The translations under genes were made by a program, and so were the position numbers. From Cirrosporium novae-zelandiae (Eukaryota): DNA of 64,000 nucleotides. Where the stretch lies: the NCBI GenBank assembly GCA_026023565.1, contig JAPETS010000022.1:124001-188000 (forward strand). The letters are read 5' to 3'. Of this stretch, positions 35,749 through 48,785 are shown piece by piece. Each line of letters begins with the position of its first letter. Positions within the stretch are counted from its first letter, which is position 1. The notes under the pieces were generated by a model. That model did no database searches. It worked only from the letters and a program-made list of their open reading frames with translations, and was not told where the DNA came from.

Positions 35749-37978
35749 TCACGGCTCAGCTGTCACGACACCCTCCATGGATTTCTCAAGGGCTTCATCC
35801 TCTGCATCTCCATATGCAAACCTGGAATGTTTGCGAATGGATGCGCCCTTAAAGTAGAAGAGATATGGAATGGCGCAGCAAGCCAGCGCTATGAATGCGA
35901 GCAGGGTACTCGCCCATTGGTTGTTCAACCGATCATACCTACAATAATTAGCGGTTAGCTTTGGAATGTTCTGGCTAGACAAATAAACACTTGCATTTGA
36001 TTGGTGAAGAGAACTGTGGATGCGCCCCAGATCGAACGTAGAAATGTCTTTGCTGCGAGAGCAGATGCTGCTTGGTGTTGATACGAGTCCACTAAAGATG
36101 GTCAGATTAGTAATGTACGCACTTTAGCACATTATCTCAGCTTACCAAGGTAATTATTTACTGCATTGTATAGGATAATAAACCCGAATCCAACAGGAAG
36201 GCCACCCAAAGCTGGCCCAACCCAGGTTAGGTCCGTGTAAGAAGTCCAAGCGAAGATGAATAGTCCAATTGGAATGAACCAGCAGCTTATCATCATTGGA
36301 ATCAATCTCACCTCTGCGGGAGGTGCACCATGATATTTCTTCACCATTTTAAGGTAGTGGGTGTTGATGACTGGAGACATGGCCGCTCCAAGAAAGATTC
36401 CAACAGCAATCGGTATAAACATTAGTCCAGTAATGCTCGCCGAATATCCTTTTCCTACTTGAAAGATGATTGGATAGGCTACGAAAAACATGTATAACAA
36501 CCCATAGAGTACAGCCATGTATAGCGACATCAAGAAAACAATTAGTTCAAGGAATAGAAGCCTGTCACAATAAAATCAGTCATCGCTTATTTGTTCATGG
36601 CTAGGAGTAAGACATACTGGAATGGCCTTAGAAGAAACAAATAAAGCCTATCCATAATAGGTCTCTTGTCAAGCTCTTGTTCTGTAACATAGCGCTCATT
36701 GCCTGTTTCCTTCCTCATCTTGGCCGCCTTGGTAGCTAGGATAGTTGGTGTATAGGTTTCTGGAACGGTAAAGGTGATGAGAAACCAAGCAATCGCAGCT
36801 AGGATGAGCTGCAGCCAATAGAGCCATCTCCATCCTGCGGCGTCAGACAGGAAACCACCGCATAGGGGGCCGATTGCTGGACCTGTTTATTGATTAGACC
36901 GTCAGTCTCTAAAAATAATAGGGAAAGAATCTGCTAACCGCAAAAGACGGCGGCACTAAAGGCAGCCATTGCTGGAGCTCTATCTTCATTCTTCCATATA
37001 TCACTCAAAGTTCCGCCCACAAGAGTTATAGGTGCACTGAATGCGATGCCGTCAATGGCACGAACGACTATGAGCGTCCCAATATTCTTCGCCACGGCAC
37101 CTGGGATAATAAAAATGACGGCAGGGAGAAGCGTAGTAGCATAGATAACCCATCTCCCATACATTTCACTCAGAGGAGCAAATAGCAAGGGCCCTTCAAA
37201 TTTAACCGTTAGCGCTACGATTGTAAAGGCATATAGTCAAGCCTGCTAACTCACCTATACCAAATCCAACAACAAACACTGTGATAGTAAGCAGAGATAC
37301 TTCTTCTGATACATGGAATGTCTCTGATACGCCCGCGATATCAGCCGTGATGACGGAGCTGCAGAAGGCAGCCACAAAAGTCACAAAACCAACGACCATG
37401 GTAATATACCATCTCCTGAGCTTCGACCAGTTCTTTGGATTCGCTTTGTCTCCGATCGTATAGGCCACCAAGTCATATCGTTCGAATTGCTGGGTATCTT
37501 TGGTTTTGACAATCTTAAGAATTTCTCCTCCTGGAACTTCTTGGGTATATTCGTTAAAGTCGGCTTCGTTACTCAGAGCTCGATAGGGCAGGGACTCTGG
37601 ATCAACAATCTCTCTGCTATTGCGAGTCCTTGTTTGCCTTAAGCTTCCTCTGGTAGATGTTCGATTTATGCTATTTCTCCGTTGGAGGGAATGGCGAGTT
37701 GGTATTCTGGCAAAGTCAAACATGTCGTCACTAGAATATAATTTAGCTTCAGGGACAGACTACAAAATTGGAGATATCAAGTTATACTTTTCAGCAATGG
37801 CATGGTCTTTGGGTTGAGTGTATGAATTGTGAGTCGATGTCCGCCCGAACTCATCCGGTGAGCCACTGAAAGTATTTTTAGCCAAAACCCATTGAGATAA
37901 AGGGCTGTCTAGAGCATACTGTGCAGTAAGTGTCTCGTCGCTGGGCTGCATCCTGGGAGTGTTTATATTTGGCTCCAT
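35749..37978 (-). CDS. MFS drug:H+ antiporter (DHA1, polyamine transporter Tpo-like); multi-exon
   Basis: [81 protein letters not shown]. Confidence 0.95.
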
Positions 37979-40387
37979 GATGACCAGTTAGGTTGGAACA
38001 AGTGAGAAAATAGTTACAATGTCTCCTCTAGACAGAAGAAATTTATTAAAAAGGTATGTGTAAATTGCGCACAAAAACCACCCAAAAACAAGGAAAGGAA
38101 AAGAGGGGGGATTATACAGTTAACAAGAGTGCTAGAAACAGGACTACATGGTTCTTTTATAGGCCTATCAAGGGACATAGTTTGATTTGCCATATTTTCG
38201 ATCTTGAATCATTTGAGACAGAATTGACATGAATGTGACCTATGAACGTAGAGGATAGAATCTGCGGTAATATTCCAAGGGTTGATGAGATCTAGTATGA
38301 AAACCACGATGTTGACAAACTCTCGAGTCCTGTAAGCTTTGGTCTGATACTGGGTTTCGCAATCAGCAACTAACGAAATATAGTTAGTCGTACTGACGGG
38401 GTACATTATCAAGACGACAGTTTGTAAAGACTCATCGGAACTTTGCGAGAATTTCTCTCGTCTTCCTTGCCTAATAAAATGTAGAATGGACATATCTGAA
38501 AGATAGGACTTTCATTTGAATGCTACTAGCTTTCTCATATTGCAAGACGAATTCTTCTAGCATATGGCTATTATTTCATAGATGGATCTTTAGCTAGGGA
38601 GGGACAAGAAAAGCAATGGCCATAGAAGGAATGTGTGAAGATCAGTATTGTAAGGTAAACAAAAGCTGTGACAGGTCTGGGGAAGTTGGGTTCTTTGATT
38701 GATTAGCGTCATTATCCAGAGGCTGAAGACATGTTTTCTCCGTTCAGGACCGGAGATGACTTGTCCTTTACGGGCTTATAGGGCTTGGCTTAAATGATTA
38801 TTGGTCAATATGAATTATCAAGAAGGAAAAGGTTGTTCAAAGCTCTTCTAATCGAAGGTTGTGCGTTATCGATGACTTGGACTGTTGAAGTCTTGGGTCT
38901 TGGGGGAAATACTAAAAGTGCTAAGTCTTGGTGGCGGAAAGGATTCCAGGACGATGGTTGATTGAAGTAATGCCAAGAGGGACTAGCCCACGCTAACATG
39001 AATTGATATTTGATGATTGGCCATTTCTAGAAATCTTAGCGGCATCTTGCGGGAAGAAAGGGAGAAAGCGAGTAGTCTTTACCTTTCTTGGTTAGTCCCC
39101 GACGACATTAAACTTTGATACTCGATTCATAATTTGACTGCGTTATTTTTCTTCCACTCATTTTTCTCGTTTTCTCAGGTTCTCATGAACACGTTAAGGA
39201 TTCTTTACTTTCTACTTTTAGCACTTTACTTCAATTTGTCCATGTGCTCAGCTAAGGAACCAGTTCCGCATATGATCCTACTTCGGTGACCATCAATCGT
39301 TGGGAAAAACTTTAACATCTTGAATATTTCCTAGAAGAGAAACAAGTCCACATTGTCCTTGATATGCTGGGTCCTTGATGGCCTCAGGCCCTAGGGATTT
39401 CTCATCCAATTCAAAGGCCATTACATAGTAGGCCCCTTGGGCAGCAATCAACAATCAACAATCAACAATCCCATGTCAGTGCGAATAAAAGGGCCCAGGT
39501 GCTTGTTTACAGTTCTTCATCGAACCTTCGAAAGAGCTAGCCTTGTTCCCAAAGTTCGTGGTTTTATAGCTCACAACCAGCATCCCCCCTGAAGTATCAA
39601 ACATGGACTACGGCCGCCAGTGCAGATCGGTTCCCACTGACATCAGTCCTTTCAGTTCCATGGGTTCCCTAATTATCAAAGTTCCGGACAACCAAAATGT
39701 ATTTCAATTTTTATTCTGCTTTTGACCTTCTCGGCCCAGCATTGCCGTCTCGATTTCGCGCAAGCCAAAACATTAAACTTTGACGACTGGACCTGCTGGA
39801 CCTGTACGCAGCCACAATGGATTTAACATGGTAATAACAATGGAATCGCCACATCCATTTTGCGTGTAATTTCGTATTCAAATATCCACTGTAGTTTGAC
39901 TTTTATAGCTTGCAGATATTTCTCTCCTTTCTTTATTTTCCCTCAAGGAGTTGGATCTTGGTTTCATTTTACAGGCATCCAATATCTCGTCAGCTTATTC
40001 ACTGATGGTGATCTAGCTCTATATGTTAAAGGAATGAACGAGTAAGAACTCTTTTGATGTTGCTAACTACATGCCAAAGAAAGGTGGTACCATAAGCGAT
40101 TGATTGATGAATTATATTTTTTTTCTTTCTCTTTATACTTTTTAAGATATTATTCACATGAGGTGAAAACTTTGTTAGTTTTTTCTTTTTGTTCAAACGA
40201 AGGGTAGGGTATCAAACATCACAGCTCAAACAAAAAAAAATGTAGCAAGTTCGAGCCAAACCCAATTTGTTGGCCTGTATGATGCTCAAGCGAAAGAGAG
40301 TGCCGACTAAAAACCCAGTTTCCTATTAAATAAATTAACTCCACAACCAGACAGATCCGCCACGACCCAACTCCAAAAAAATATCCC

Positions 40388-42069
40388 TCAACCAAAAAGA
40401 AGATCATCCGGGTTCTTCGTAGGTGTACTCCCGCTCGTTTTGATCGCCGGCTCCAGAGCTACCCGCAGATGTTTCTGCTTGCTTAGATCTAGCCACTCCG
40501 GTGTATGAAACTCGCGCGTCCTGGTTTTGGATTCTGATCGTGAGTGTGCCATGCTGCGTGGGGGAGAGTGTGAGGGGTCTCTTGGTCGTGGGTCTGGAGG
40601 TATGCCAATGTTGATGCCGATACCGGTTCCGCTTTGCGGTCGGGGTTGGGATTGGGAGTGGGGCTGCGACTGAGGCGCTATTTGTGGGGGCAGGGGCTGG
40701 AAGTGGATTTGGGGGGTTTGAGATTGGGAATCGATGTGTGTATTTAGATCTGTGGATGTGAGGGGTGAGGTACTGGATTCCGAAGGGACAGGAGAGCCGA
40801 CAGACTTGGTTCTGTGTGAGTGGGATCGCGATAAGGCTGGAGGGGAAGATGGGTTTGGATTTTTTTGTTGCTGACGTAAGGCTGCTAGGAAGGAGTCTCG
40901 GACGCCGGCGGCACGACTGGCAATGTGGTGTTTATATTGGTTGTCTCTTGTTACTGCTGGAGATGGCTGCTGTGGCACAAGTGATGGTTTCATTCCTGAA
41001 GTGATGCTCCCAGTATCGGGGGAAATAAGCTTTGGATCCCACTCCCTCGTGCTTGTGAGAGGCAATGAGACATCCTTCTCAAGGCCGCTATTAGGATATT
41101 GGTATTGTGTCGGGAATTTTGGTTGTGCCCTGGTGGGAATATAAGGTGCGTTCCATCCTCCGAGAGTTGGAGGAGTGATGTCTCGATCGCCGAAACGTTG
41201 GTCCAAAACAGAAATACGCTTCTGGCGTGCCGAGCGGAGGCGATAGATACGCTTTCGGCAGCAGCAGAAGGTTGTTGCAAGCAGGATAAGGAAGAGTATG
41301 GGAACGAGAACAGAGATGGCAATGATGGAGGATTTGGAAAGGTGTTTAGTGGAAGTAGAAGAAGTGGAAGTGGCAGTAGAAGATGAGGAATTGCTGAAGA
41401 GGCCACTATAGCGAAGCAAATTACCAGATTCAGGTTGTTGTTGACAACCCGCTTTGAGAGCATTAAGAAAACTAGCAATGTATGTATCGGCGTTTGATAG
41501 AGCGAAGCAACTGGAGCAAGCATCTACTTCGTTGAGGAAGGTACTGTTTTTGCAATAGGCATATGGAGTCTGTGGATCGGGGTCAAGAAGGTTGGTCACT
41601 AGTTGGTCTTGGAACGGAGTGCATTGCTCAGTGCATGGAGACGATATGGTTTTGCTGTTGTTTGGGTAACCATAGACACAATAGTCTATAGTATATCTAA
41701 GGTTATCTAATTTAATGCGTTAGTCAATCTCAATTAAGTTCTAGAGTGGGCTTTCAACATACAGAGCAGCCAGCCAGAATCGGTCTCTCCAGTGGTCTCG
41801 TTGTATGCATTGCTGTTCAATTCACATTCGACACAAGCCTCAAACTTAGTCCCACTAACGGTGTCTTGATATTCAGAGTCGAGACAGACCAACTCAGAAG
41901 GCCTAGTGGTTGATGAAGCAGCATTATCGTTATCCCCCAGACATACCGATGTACAATTCGATCCAGGAGTTACTTTGAGGCCCGCAGTGCGATGGGCTGA
42001 GATGAAAGAGAGGAGTAGAGGTAAGAGGATTGGGCGAAAGAGAGAGGATTGAGGTCGAGAGAAGGCCAT
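40388..42069 (-). CDS. Uncharacterised single-pass membrane protein A with Cys-rich ectodomain; one intron (41707-41762)
   Basis: Signal peptide; LKVTPGSNCTSVC...ELVCLDSEY...CVECELNS...WLL-YNLRYTIDYCVYGYPN; Ser/Thr stalk; TM IIAISVLVPILFLILLATTF followed by CCCRKR; Pro/Ser/Gln-rich tail. Confidence 0.85.
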
Positions 42070-42918
42070 GATGTTAGAGAACGCATGAAGCATAAAGAGA
42101 ACGGCGCTCTGTTATCGAACAGGAAGGAATACTGTTGTCTCTATTGAAACAGAGCTGAGTCCCGAAAAGTGCTCAGCCTCGAGAGATTGACATACAACAA
42201 AGAAGATGTGTTGTATATGAATACGAAGGAAGGCCTCGTGTTGGAACGATGTTTCAATAAATGCAAAGAACCTTACAGGGAATGGAGGAGAGACTGTCCC
42301 TCCTCTGCTATATTTGGCGTTCATATTTCCATATACTTGGGACCTTCAGAGGACGCGGCAGTCCGTCCAGTCGCGCACGAAAGACGGGTCCTCCCCGAGT
42401 AGAGAATTAGTAGGTGTGTATGACAATCATCTGCTGTAGTACAAGAAAATTTGAAGGCAGGTTGGGTGCTCAAAAGAATGGACGAATGATAAGCCACATT
42501 GTGGGATTGACGGAAATACCATCCAATAAAAATAGAAGAACATGGCTGGATATACAATCAGAAGAAGCTGGAGAATCATCAACGGCAGCCTAGGGCAATC
42601 TGATAGATGAAGGCTGTCAAGTCGCCTTGGTTGAATCTGGCGAACGGTCTACGATCAGATCTCCAAGGTATGATCTGATCCATACATTAGTGTAAACGGG
42701 TAAGATAGATCCACGTCTCCTAGCCTTCTCTTGATAAGTGGTTTCATTTGACGCCTAGCTATTGATAGATGTTGCTTGTTCAATTGCCTGAATTGCTGGA
42801 AAGGATTTGAAATGATACGTCACATGAAGAGATTTGACATTTGAGTGGAGAAGAGCCTAAGGCCAAGAAACCCCCAAGCGCCTGATGTCGAATCGGCTGA
42901 CACGGCCTGATATCCCGT

Positions 42919-42950
42919 CTGCAAGCCCTGCAAGCCCTGCAAGCCCTGCA
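42919..42950. repeat. 9-bp tandem repeat (CTGCAAGCC)x3.5 in the shared upstream region of the paralog pair
   Basis: ctgcaagccctgcaagccctgcaagccctgca. Confidence 0.85.
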
Positions 42951-45200
42951 TACCAAGCACAACTAATTAACCAAAGCCAAAGCCAATTCAAACTTGAAAT
43001 TGTATGGAATATCCCTGTCAGTTGACATGACCATAGGCTGTCGATTAAAGTTTCACCGTTTCAACTAACAAAGACACAAAGAGGAAATAGAAACAGCATG
43101 GATCTATACGGGTCTGTCAAGCGCTTCTGGAGGCCAAAAAAAACAACAATCAGCTTGGTGATGCAGGTTGAGGTTGGAGGCTCACTGATAGTTTACTGAT
43201 GGCTCATGGCTTACTGCGAGCCGTGAGCAATATGTCATTGCTTTCTTAAGTCTTCAAGTCCACCAGCCCACCCCCATTGTTAGTTAGACGTAACTTTATT
43301 ACTCAAGGTTAACCACCTAGGCTTCCCCATCTTTTTTTTTCTGCACCCATATAATGATATGGCAGCACCCGACACTATCCATTTTTCTTCTCTCCCCTAC
43401 ATTCAATAGAATTCTGACCTCTCTTTACTTTCTTCACCCTTTTATCTCTTGCGAGTTCCAGGACAAGACTGAGGCATTCATGGCCGAAAAGTTGTCGAAT
43501 TACGTCGATATCACCACTCATAGAGTATAAACAACTGAGAGATACGAAGAATCAATACAGTTCATCCAATATTAACAATCCCATCATCTTTCTAGGTCCT
43601 GGTTGCCTTGCGCTCAAGGTTACTTTACCGGAATATCTATGATTCTCAGCCATGAACGTCTAATGTTCCTTCCAGGTATCGGCAACCCATTCATTAAATA
43701 TTGCCATCGATCAGCCTCGATGAGTTACCGGGAAATGGTGCAGATTTCGGGGAACTAACTGGATATCCATAGGGGTTCCCTAAACAAGCGCGTGAGCTGT
43801 CGATCGGACAATACTGCGTCTATTGATCTACCCAGGAGATCTCTTCCTAAGATCTAGATGGAAATACCCCATTTGGAATCGCAGCCCAGCAACTTATCTT
43901 ATCAGGTCTCCTACTTCTATGAGATGCTCCATGGAGCGGTGGAGTACCGTACCTCATCCCATACCATTGCTTATCATGAATACCCTGTGATTTGGCTCCT
44001 CGCAATTGGGCCAAGTCAGATTTCTCGTTCTTTCTACTATGCACCATTATTACCCCCCGAATCAATCATCGGTCGAAGAGGATAGTGTTTACTCTACGGA
44101 ACCAGTTTGGCCAGACTCTCTCGGAGATGTCGTTCAAGACATGTTAGCTTGCAAAATCAAGACTCGAGTCTATCTCAGAACAGGCAGAACAATCAGACAG
44201 TCAGGGGCCCACAGAGCACACACAAGTTTAAGTAAAGAGGGGTAAGTTATCGTCCTTTGCGATTTAGCAATAACATTCACAGCGGCAATTCGACACGGTC
44301 TATCCCTCAACACCACATTCGGCAAGACTGAGGTAGTCGTCATTTGGTGACGATGCGACATGATGAAAAGGTAAGAATGAATGGTGATAAGACATTCTAT
44401 TCGATTTTCCTTTTGTGGACATTTAGAGACAAATGCATCGGAGTCTTATGCGAAGTACCCTGTACACGAAGAGTAAAAGTGGTTTGATTTGTGGGTTTAG
44501 AACAGTCCCGTGATCAGCCCTATACAAGCGCTCGGAAAAACATTTCAACCAACCTATCGCTAACCGACCAGGATATTGGTCTCAAGTACAAAAGCGCCAG
44601 CCAATGATTGGAGGTGTGACAATGCAGTTGATAGACACCAATCCTGCTCGAGTCGCCGAGTCGCCGGACTTCACACAAGCATTTCACTTCCTATTGGACA
44701 AGGTTTGGATTCCAATCAACAATGCATTAGGTTCCCCAACAAGTGTAAGGGATCATTACCCACTTGATCATGAATGGATTTTATCCTAGCCTACCAAAGC
44801 ACCCATTGTCTGTCCAGGACGAAGCTTAGCCACCAGTCAGTTTTGTTATGTCACCTATTCTCGAGTACACGGCGCCGTGCGATGTGATGCTGTGGTCAAT
44901 TGCTACCAACTTTCCTCTAGAGTGTGCCCACCTTCATATGAGGGTACCAAGGAGAAGCTGGTTAATAAATCGATATCTTTTCGATATTAAGTCGTCTTGG
45001 AAAATCATATCGCTGGCGGATTCATACTTTCGTTTTAATTGCAAACAAACTCTTCATCTTAGACATATCTCTTGAGTGTTTTGCTGGACATCTACACTGG
45101 GTGCGATAAGTGTTTCTCGGCCATCTAAAATCTTATCGCGATTTGCATTAATTACTTTGCCGTCTTGGCGCATTCGTGCTACAACGACGGAACGTTGGAA

Positions 45201-46595
45201 ATGGCATCGTCTCGCATATTGAACCTGCTATCCATAATTGTATTTTTGGGTACGATTAGTTTCCCATGCTCTATCGCTTTACGAGTTGCCTCTGGATCAA
45301 GTTGTACGGAGGACTGCACCAGCTGGAACAATGGTTCATCGACGACGGAATTATCGGAATTGTTGTGCTATGATTCCGAATACAACACCACGACCAAAGG
45401 AAAACGCTTTCAGTCATGCATCAACTGCGAGCTCTCAAGCACCTACGTGGACACAAGCACCGGAGCGACGGATCTAGCATGGGCGATGTACAACCTCCGA
45501 GCCACTTTCGACAAGTGCGTCTTCGGATATCCAAATACAAGTGCTTCAGTATCAACCCCATGTCTCGTATCCTGCGCAGACATTGAGGAGCAGATGGAAC
45601 TAGCCATCATTAATCCCGAACCCGCCGCACCGTTCGACTACTGCACCAACGGCACCTTTTTAGACGAAGTCAGCCAGTGCGCATTTTGCTACTCGCTAAT
45701 GGACGACCAAAAGCTCTTCGCTAAATACCTCAACGTCCTACAGCTCGGATGTGAGGAAGAACCAGCCTCAGGCACCCTCCTAAGCGGGTGTACCAACCCC
45801 TTCTACGGAAACGCAACCGTCACAAGCTCAGGCTCCATCACGCTCTCCACCAGTGGCACTAACTCAGGCAGCTCCAGCGGAAACTTCCCCCTCAGCGCAA
45901 AAATCGCGCTGGGGTTCGGCGTCCCCTTCGTCTTTACCCTCTGCATGGTCGGCCTCGCCATCTGCATCATGAAACGCCGCAAGGCCGCACTAGCCCGACA
46001 ACGAAACTTCTCCTGGGCTGGCCACGTATCCGCTATCCAATCCCCGCGGTCCCCGTTCTCCCCCTACACCCCGTATTCAGGTTTCCCAGGATCCCCCGGA
46101 ATGCAATCCCATTATGGAGATCTGCCGAGATATACAGACGGCTCCCCCATTTCCCCGGTGCAAAAGGCCTTTAACCCTAAAGCCCCGGCGACCACGGAAT
46201 CAACTATGGAAATGGAAATGGAGGCCGGAATTCAAAAACAACAGTATGAGCATGAGCAATACCGCCATTACCAGCAACAGCAACAGCAACAATTATACGA
46301 CCAACAACTCCAACACCAACACCAACAATACGAAAACCCTCACCTTCCCGAGTTCTCCCATTTAGCCCCATCCACATCCCCATCCCCACCACAAGGCCCC
46401 CACATCTCCATAAACCCAGAAATAACCTCCACTTCCACCCCACCCCCACAACCCTCACAACAACAACACTCAAGATCCGACTCCCTAAAACTAAATACCC
46501 AAGATTTGCACTCCTCCTCATCCAAACATGGACATGAACTCGAAACCCCAACACCGGGCCATGATAAGAAAGTTAGTCCGGTTTCTTTTTCTTGA
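45201..46595 (+). CDS. Uncharacterised single-pass membrane protein B, paralog of A; intronless
   Basis: Signal peptide; LRVASGSSCTEDC...ELLCYDSEY...CINCELSS...WAMYNLRATFDKCVFGYPN; Ser/Gly/Thr stalk; TM IALGFGVPFVFTLCMVGLAICIM followed by KRRK; SP-rich and poly-Q tail. Confidence 0.88.
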   Translation: MASSRILNLLSIIVFLGTISFPCSIALRVASGSSCTEDCTSWNNGSSTTELSELLCYDSEYNTTTKGKRFQSCINCELSSTYVDTSTGATDLAWAMYNLRATFDKCVFGYPNTSASVSTPCLVSCADIEEQMELAIINPEPAAPFDYCTNGTFLDEVSQCAFCYSLMDDQKLFAKYLNVLQLGCEEEPASGTLLSGCTNPFYGNATVTSSGSITLSTSGTNSGSSSGNFPLSAKIALGFGVPFVFTLCMVGLAICIMKRRKAALARQRNFSWAGHVSAIQSPRSPFSPYTPYSGFPGSPGMQSHYGDLPRYTDGSPISPVQKAFNPKAPATTESTMEMEMEAGIQKQQYEHEQYRHYQQQQQQQLYDQQLQHQHQQYENPHLPEFSHLAPSTSPSPPQGPHISINPEITSTSTPPPQPSQQQHSRSDSLKLNTQDLHSSSSKHGHELETPTPGHDKKVSPVSFS

Positions 46596-47318
46596 GTTTT
46601 GTTGAATGTGTTTGTGTTGATATGAATGAATGTGTGGGGGGGGGGGAAGTGATGACTATTTTTTTTTTGTTTTGTATATGCGTATCATGGGGCAGGGAGC
46701 AAGGCTATACTCATACCCCTAACGAAAGAAGGAAGGAAAGGAAAGGAAAGGAACCCCCCGACATACCACATATATATCTGTACATAGAATCTCCCAAATC
46801 CATCAAAAGTGATGATGGGTGATGGATGATGGTGTAGCTACAGCACAGTACAGTACATGTACATATATAGCTTTACCCCCTCCCCTCTCTCTCTTTCTTA
46901 TGTATATATTAAATTATATATCTATATTATTATCAATTAAGGTTAATAGAAGAAGAAGAAATCCAAAAATACATACCATCTTCCTCTTATTCACATATAT
47001 CGAGAATGTATATGTGCATGTGTGTTATTATTATTATTATTATTAGGCTTATTTTGAATGGTAAAGTGAAGGGAAGGGAAGTGGAACGGGTGTTGTCTCT
47101 TTCTCGCCCTTCTCCCCCATGTTTTTGTTTAGCCGGGGGGGTCAAATTCAATTTAGATTCATAATGGGGAGATAGAGGTAAAAAAAACACAGTTGATAAA
47201 GGGATTATAGCAACTAAGCCTCTCTTCCCATTAAAGTTATTCAATCTCTATCGTGTTTCTATAGACAGGCACCAAAGTTATAAAAATCAGTCCTTCCTCC
47301 TACAACAACAAGCATCAA

Positions 47319-48785
47319 CTACGAGCAAGGTAACTTCCCAGCCACCACATTATCAACCCAGTCCCCCACATTTCTCCGCAGCTGTGCAGCCCCACGCAAT
47401 TCAGACCAAAAGTGATCTGCCCACCTGATCTCTCGGTATTCAAACGTCGAACCCGCCTGGCTCGAAAGATCCTTGGCCCATTTAAGAATGGCTTTGTGGG
47501 AGACGAAAACGTCATTGTTGCCGAAGATTGCTAGGGTGGGATGCTTGGCGAATTTGCGATCCTCGGGTTCGTACATGGGATCCTTGGTGGTGATGCTGGT
47601 CAAGGAAAATCTACTGAGCCAGGAGATACGGGAGAATGATGTGGCGAGATAAGAGGCGGGGCCAACTAGAGGCGACACTAAGAGGTAGTAGGTCTTCACA
47701 GTGGGAATGGGGACACGGGGGACAGGTCCGAAAGGTACGAGGCATTCTTCGGAGTCCCGGTCCTCATCACGTCGCCTGTAGTGAAATATTTTCCGAGCCG
47801 ACTTGTTGCTGAGAGTACTTTTGATGCTCCTGAGGCTGTCCATACTTTTTCTCCTGATAAACGTATCAAGGCTTTCTCTTGATTCTTTGTTAAACATAGT
47901 TCTTCGTATATGACCCGCATCTTCCAATTCTAGGCTCGTTCTGAGACCACCTGTAGCTACCGAGTGTGGACGCGGAGCTCCACCCCAGACATCTCGAGCA
48001 GTTACAGGTCTACCTCGACGTCCTGCTAGTGCTAGACGAACTTCACTATTCCGCTGCACAGCTAGGCAAATTGCTCGACGTCTGATACAGTGGGCAGCTG
48101 TGCCTCTAACCGGGTTTACAAACTTGGTAAAAATCGTCCCAATTTCTGGCAAATGAGAGGTGATCAATGAGCCGTAAGAGTATCCACCTAGTATCAAAGT
48201 AATTGGCTCTTTGGTGGAATTTTCTACCTACAAGCAGGCCACCCCCATCAAAATCAGCCATTAGCTCAAACACCAAATGTTTGGAAAACCTTGAGTAAAT
48301 ATAGATTGGGCTCACTTCTCGCTGGACACTGTTGGATGAGACCCTCACGGGTAGCTTATCTGGTTCAAGATGATCCATATAAATAACGAAGAAACCGACA
48401 AAGGAAATGTAATCAAGGTCCTCAGCTTTGCCGGACCAGCTGGTACGTGCTTTTGAAGTGCCTGCTCCTCTGAACATAAAATTGAGCAAAAGTAATCTTC
48501 CACCAACAAGGATTAATAGAGGTTTCACCTAAAATTAAATAGACCGACGACAAAACCGCTGGCCAGTAGGACATTGGTGAGAAGATGAACGACATGATCG
48601 TCCATGGAGCCGTGGAAGGGCGCATAAGGATGGGCGATGATAGCTCCCTTCCGACGCCATGAATTACGACTCGGGTGGTACAATCTTGCGTCAATAGTAG
48701 TATCGTCGTAGAGAGAAGGAATAGAGAAGGAAACTGACGGAGCTGGCAAGTTGGAGAGCTCTAGCCACCGCGGATCCAGCCCCAT
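47319..48785 (-). CDS. Alpha/beta-hydrolase fold protein; 3 exons
   Basis: GAIIAHPYAPFHGSMDD, FNFR-GAG.S..RTSW, nucleophile elbow LGGYSYGS, LLVSP, GNNDVF (Asp), ADHFW (His). Confidence 0.85.

Noticed and set aside
42112..45075. Short ORFs between the two receptor-like paralogs, considered as a possible peptide ligand gene
   Set aside because: None shows a signal peptide, repeated Kex2 sites or a CAAX end; no supportable gene model
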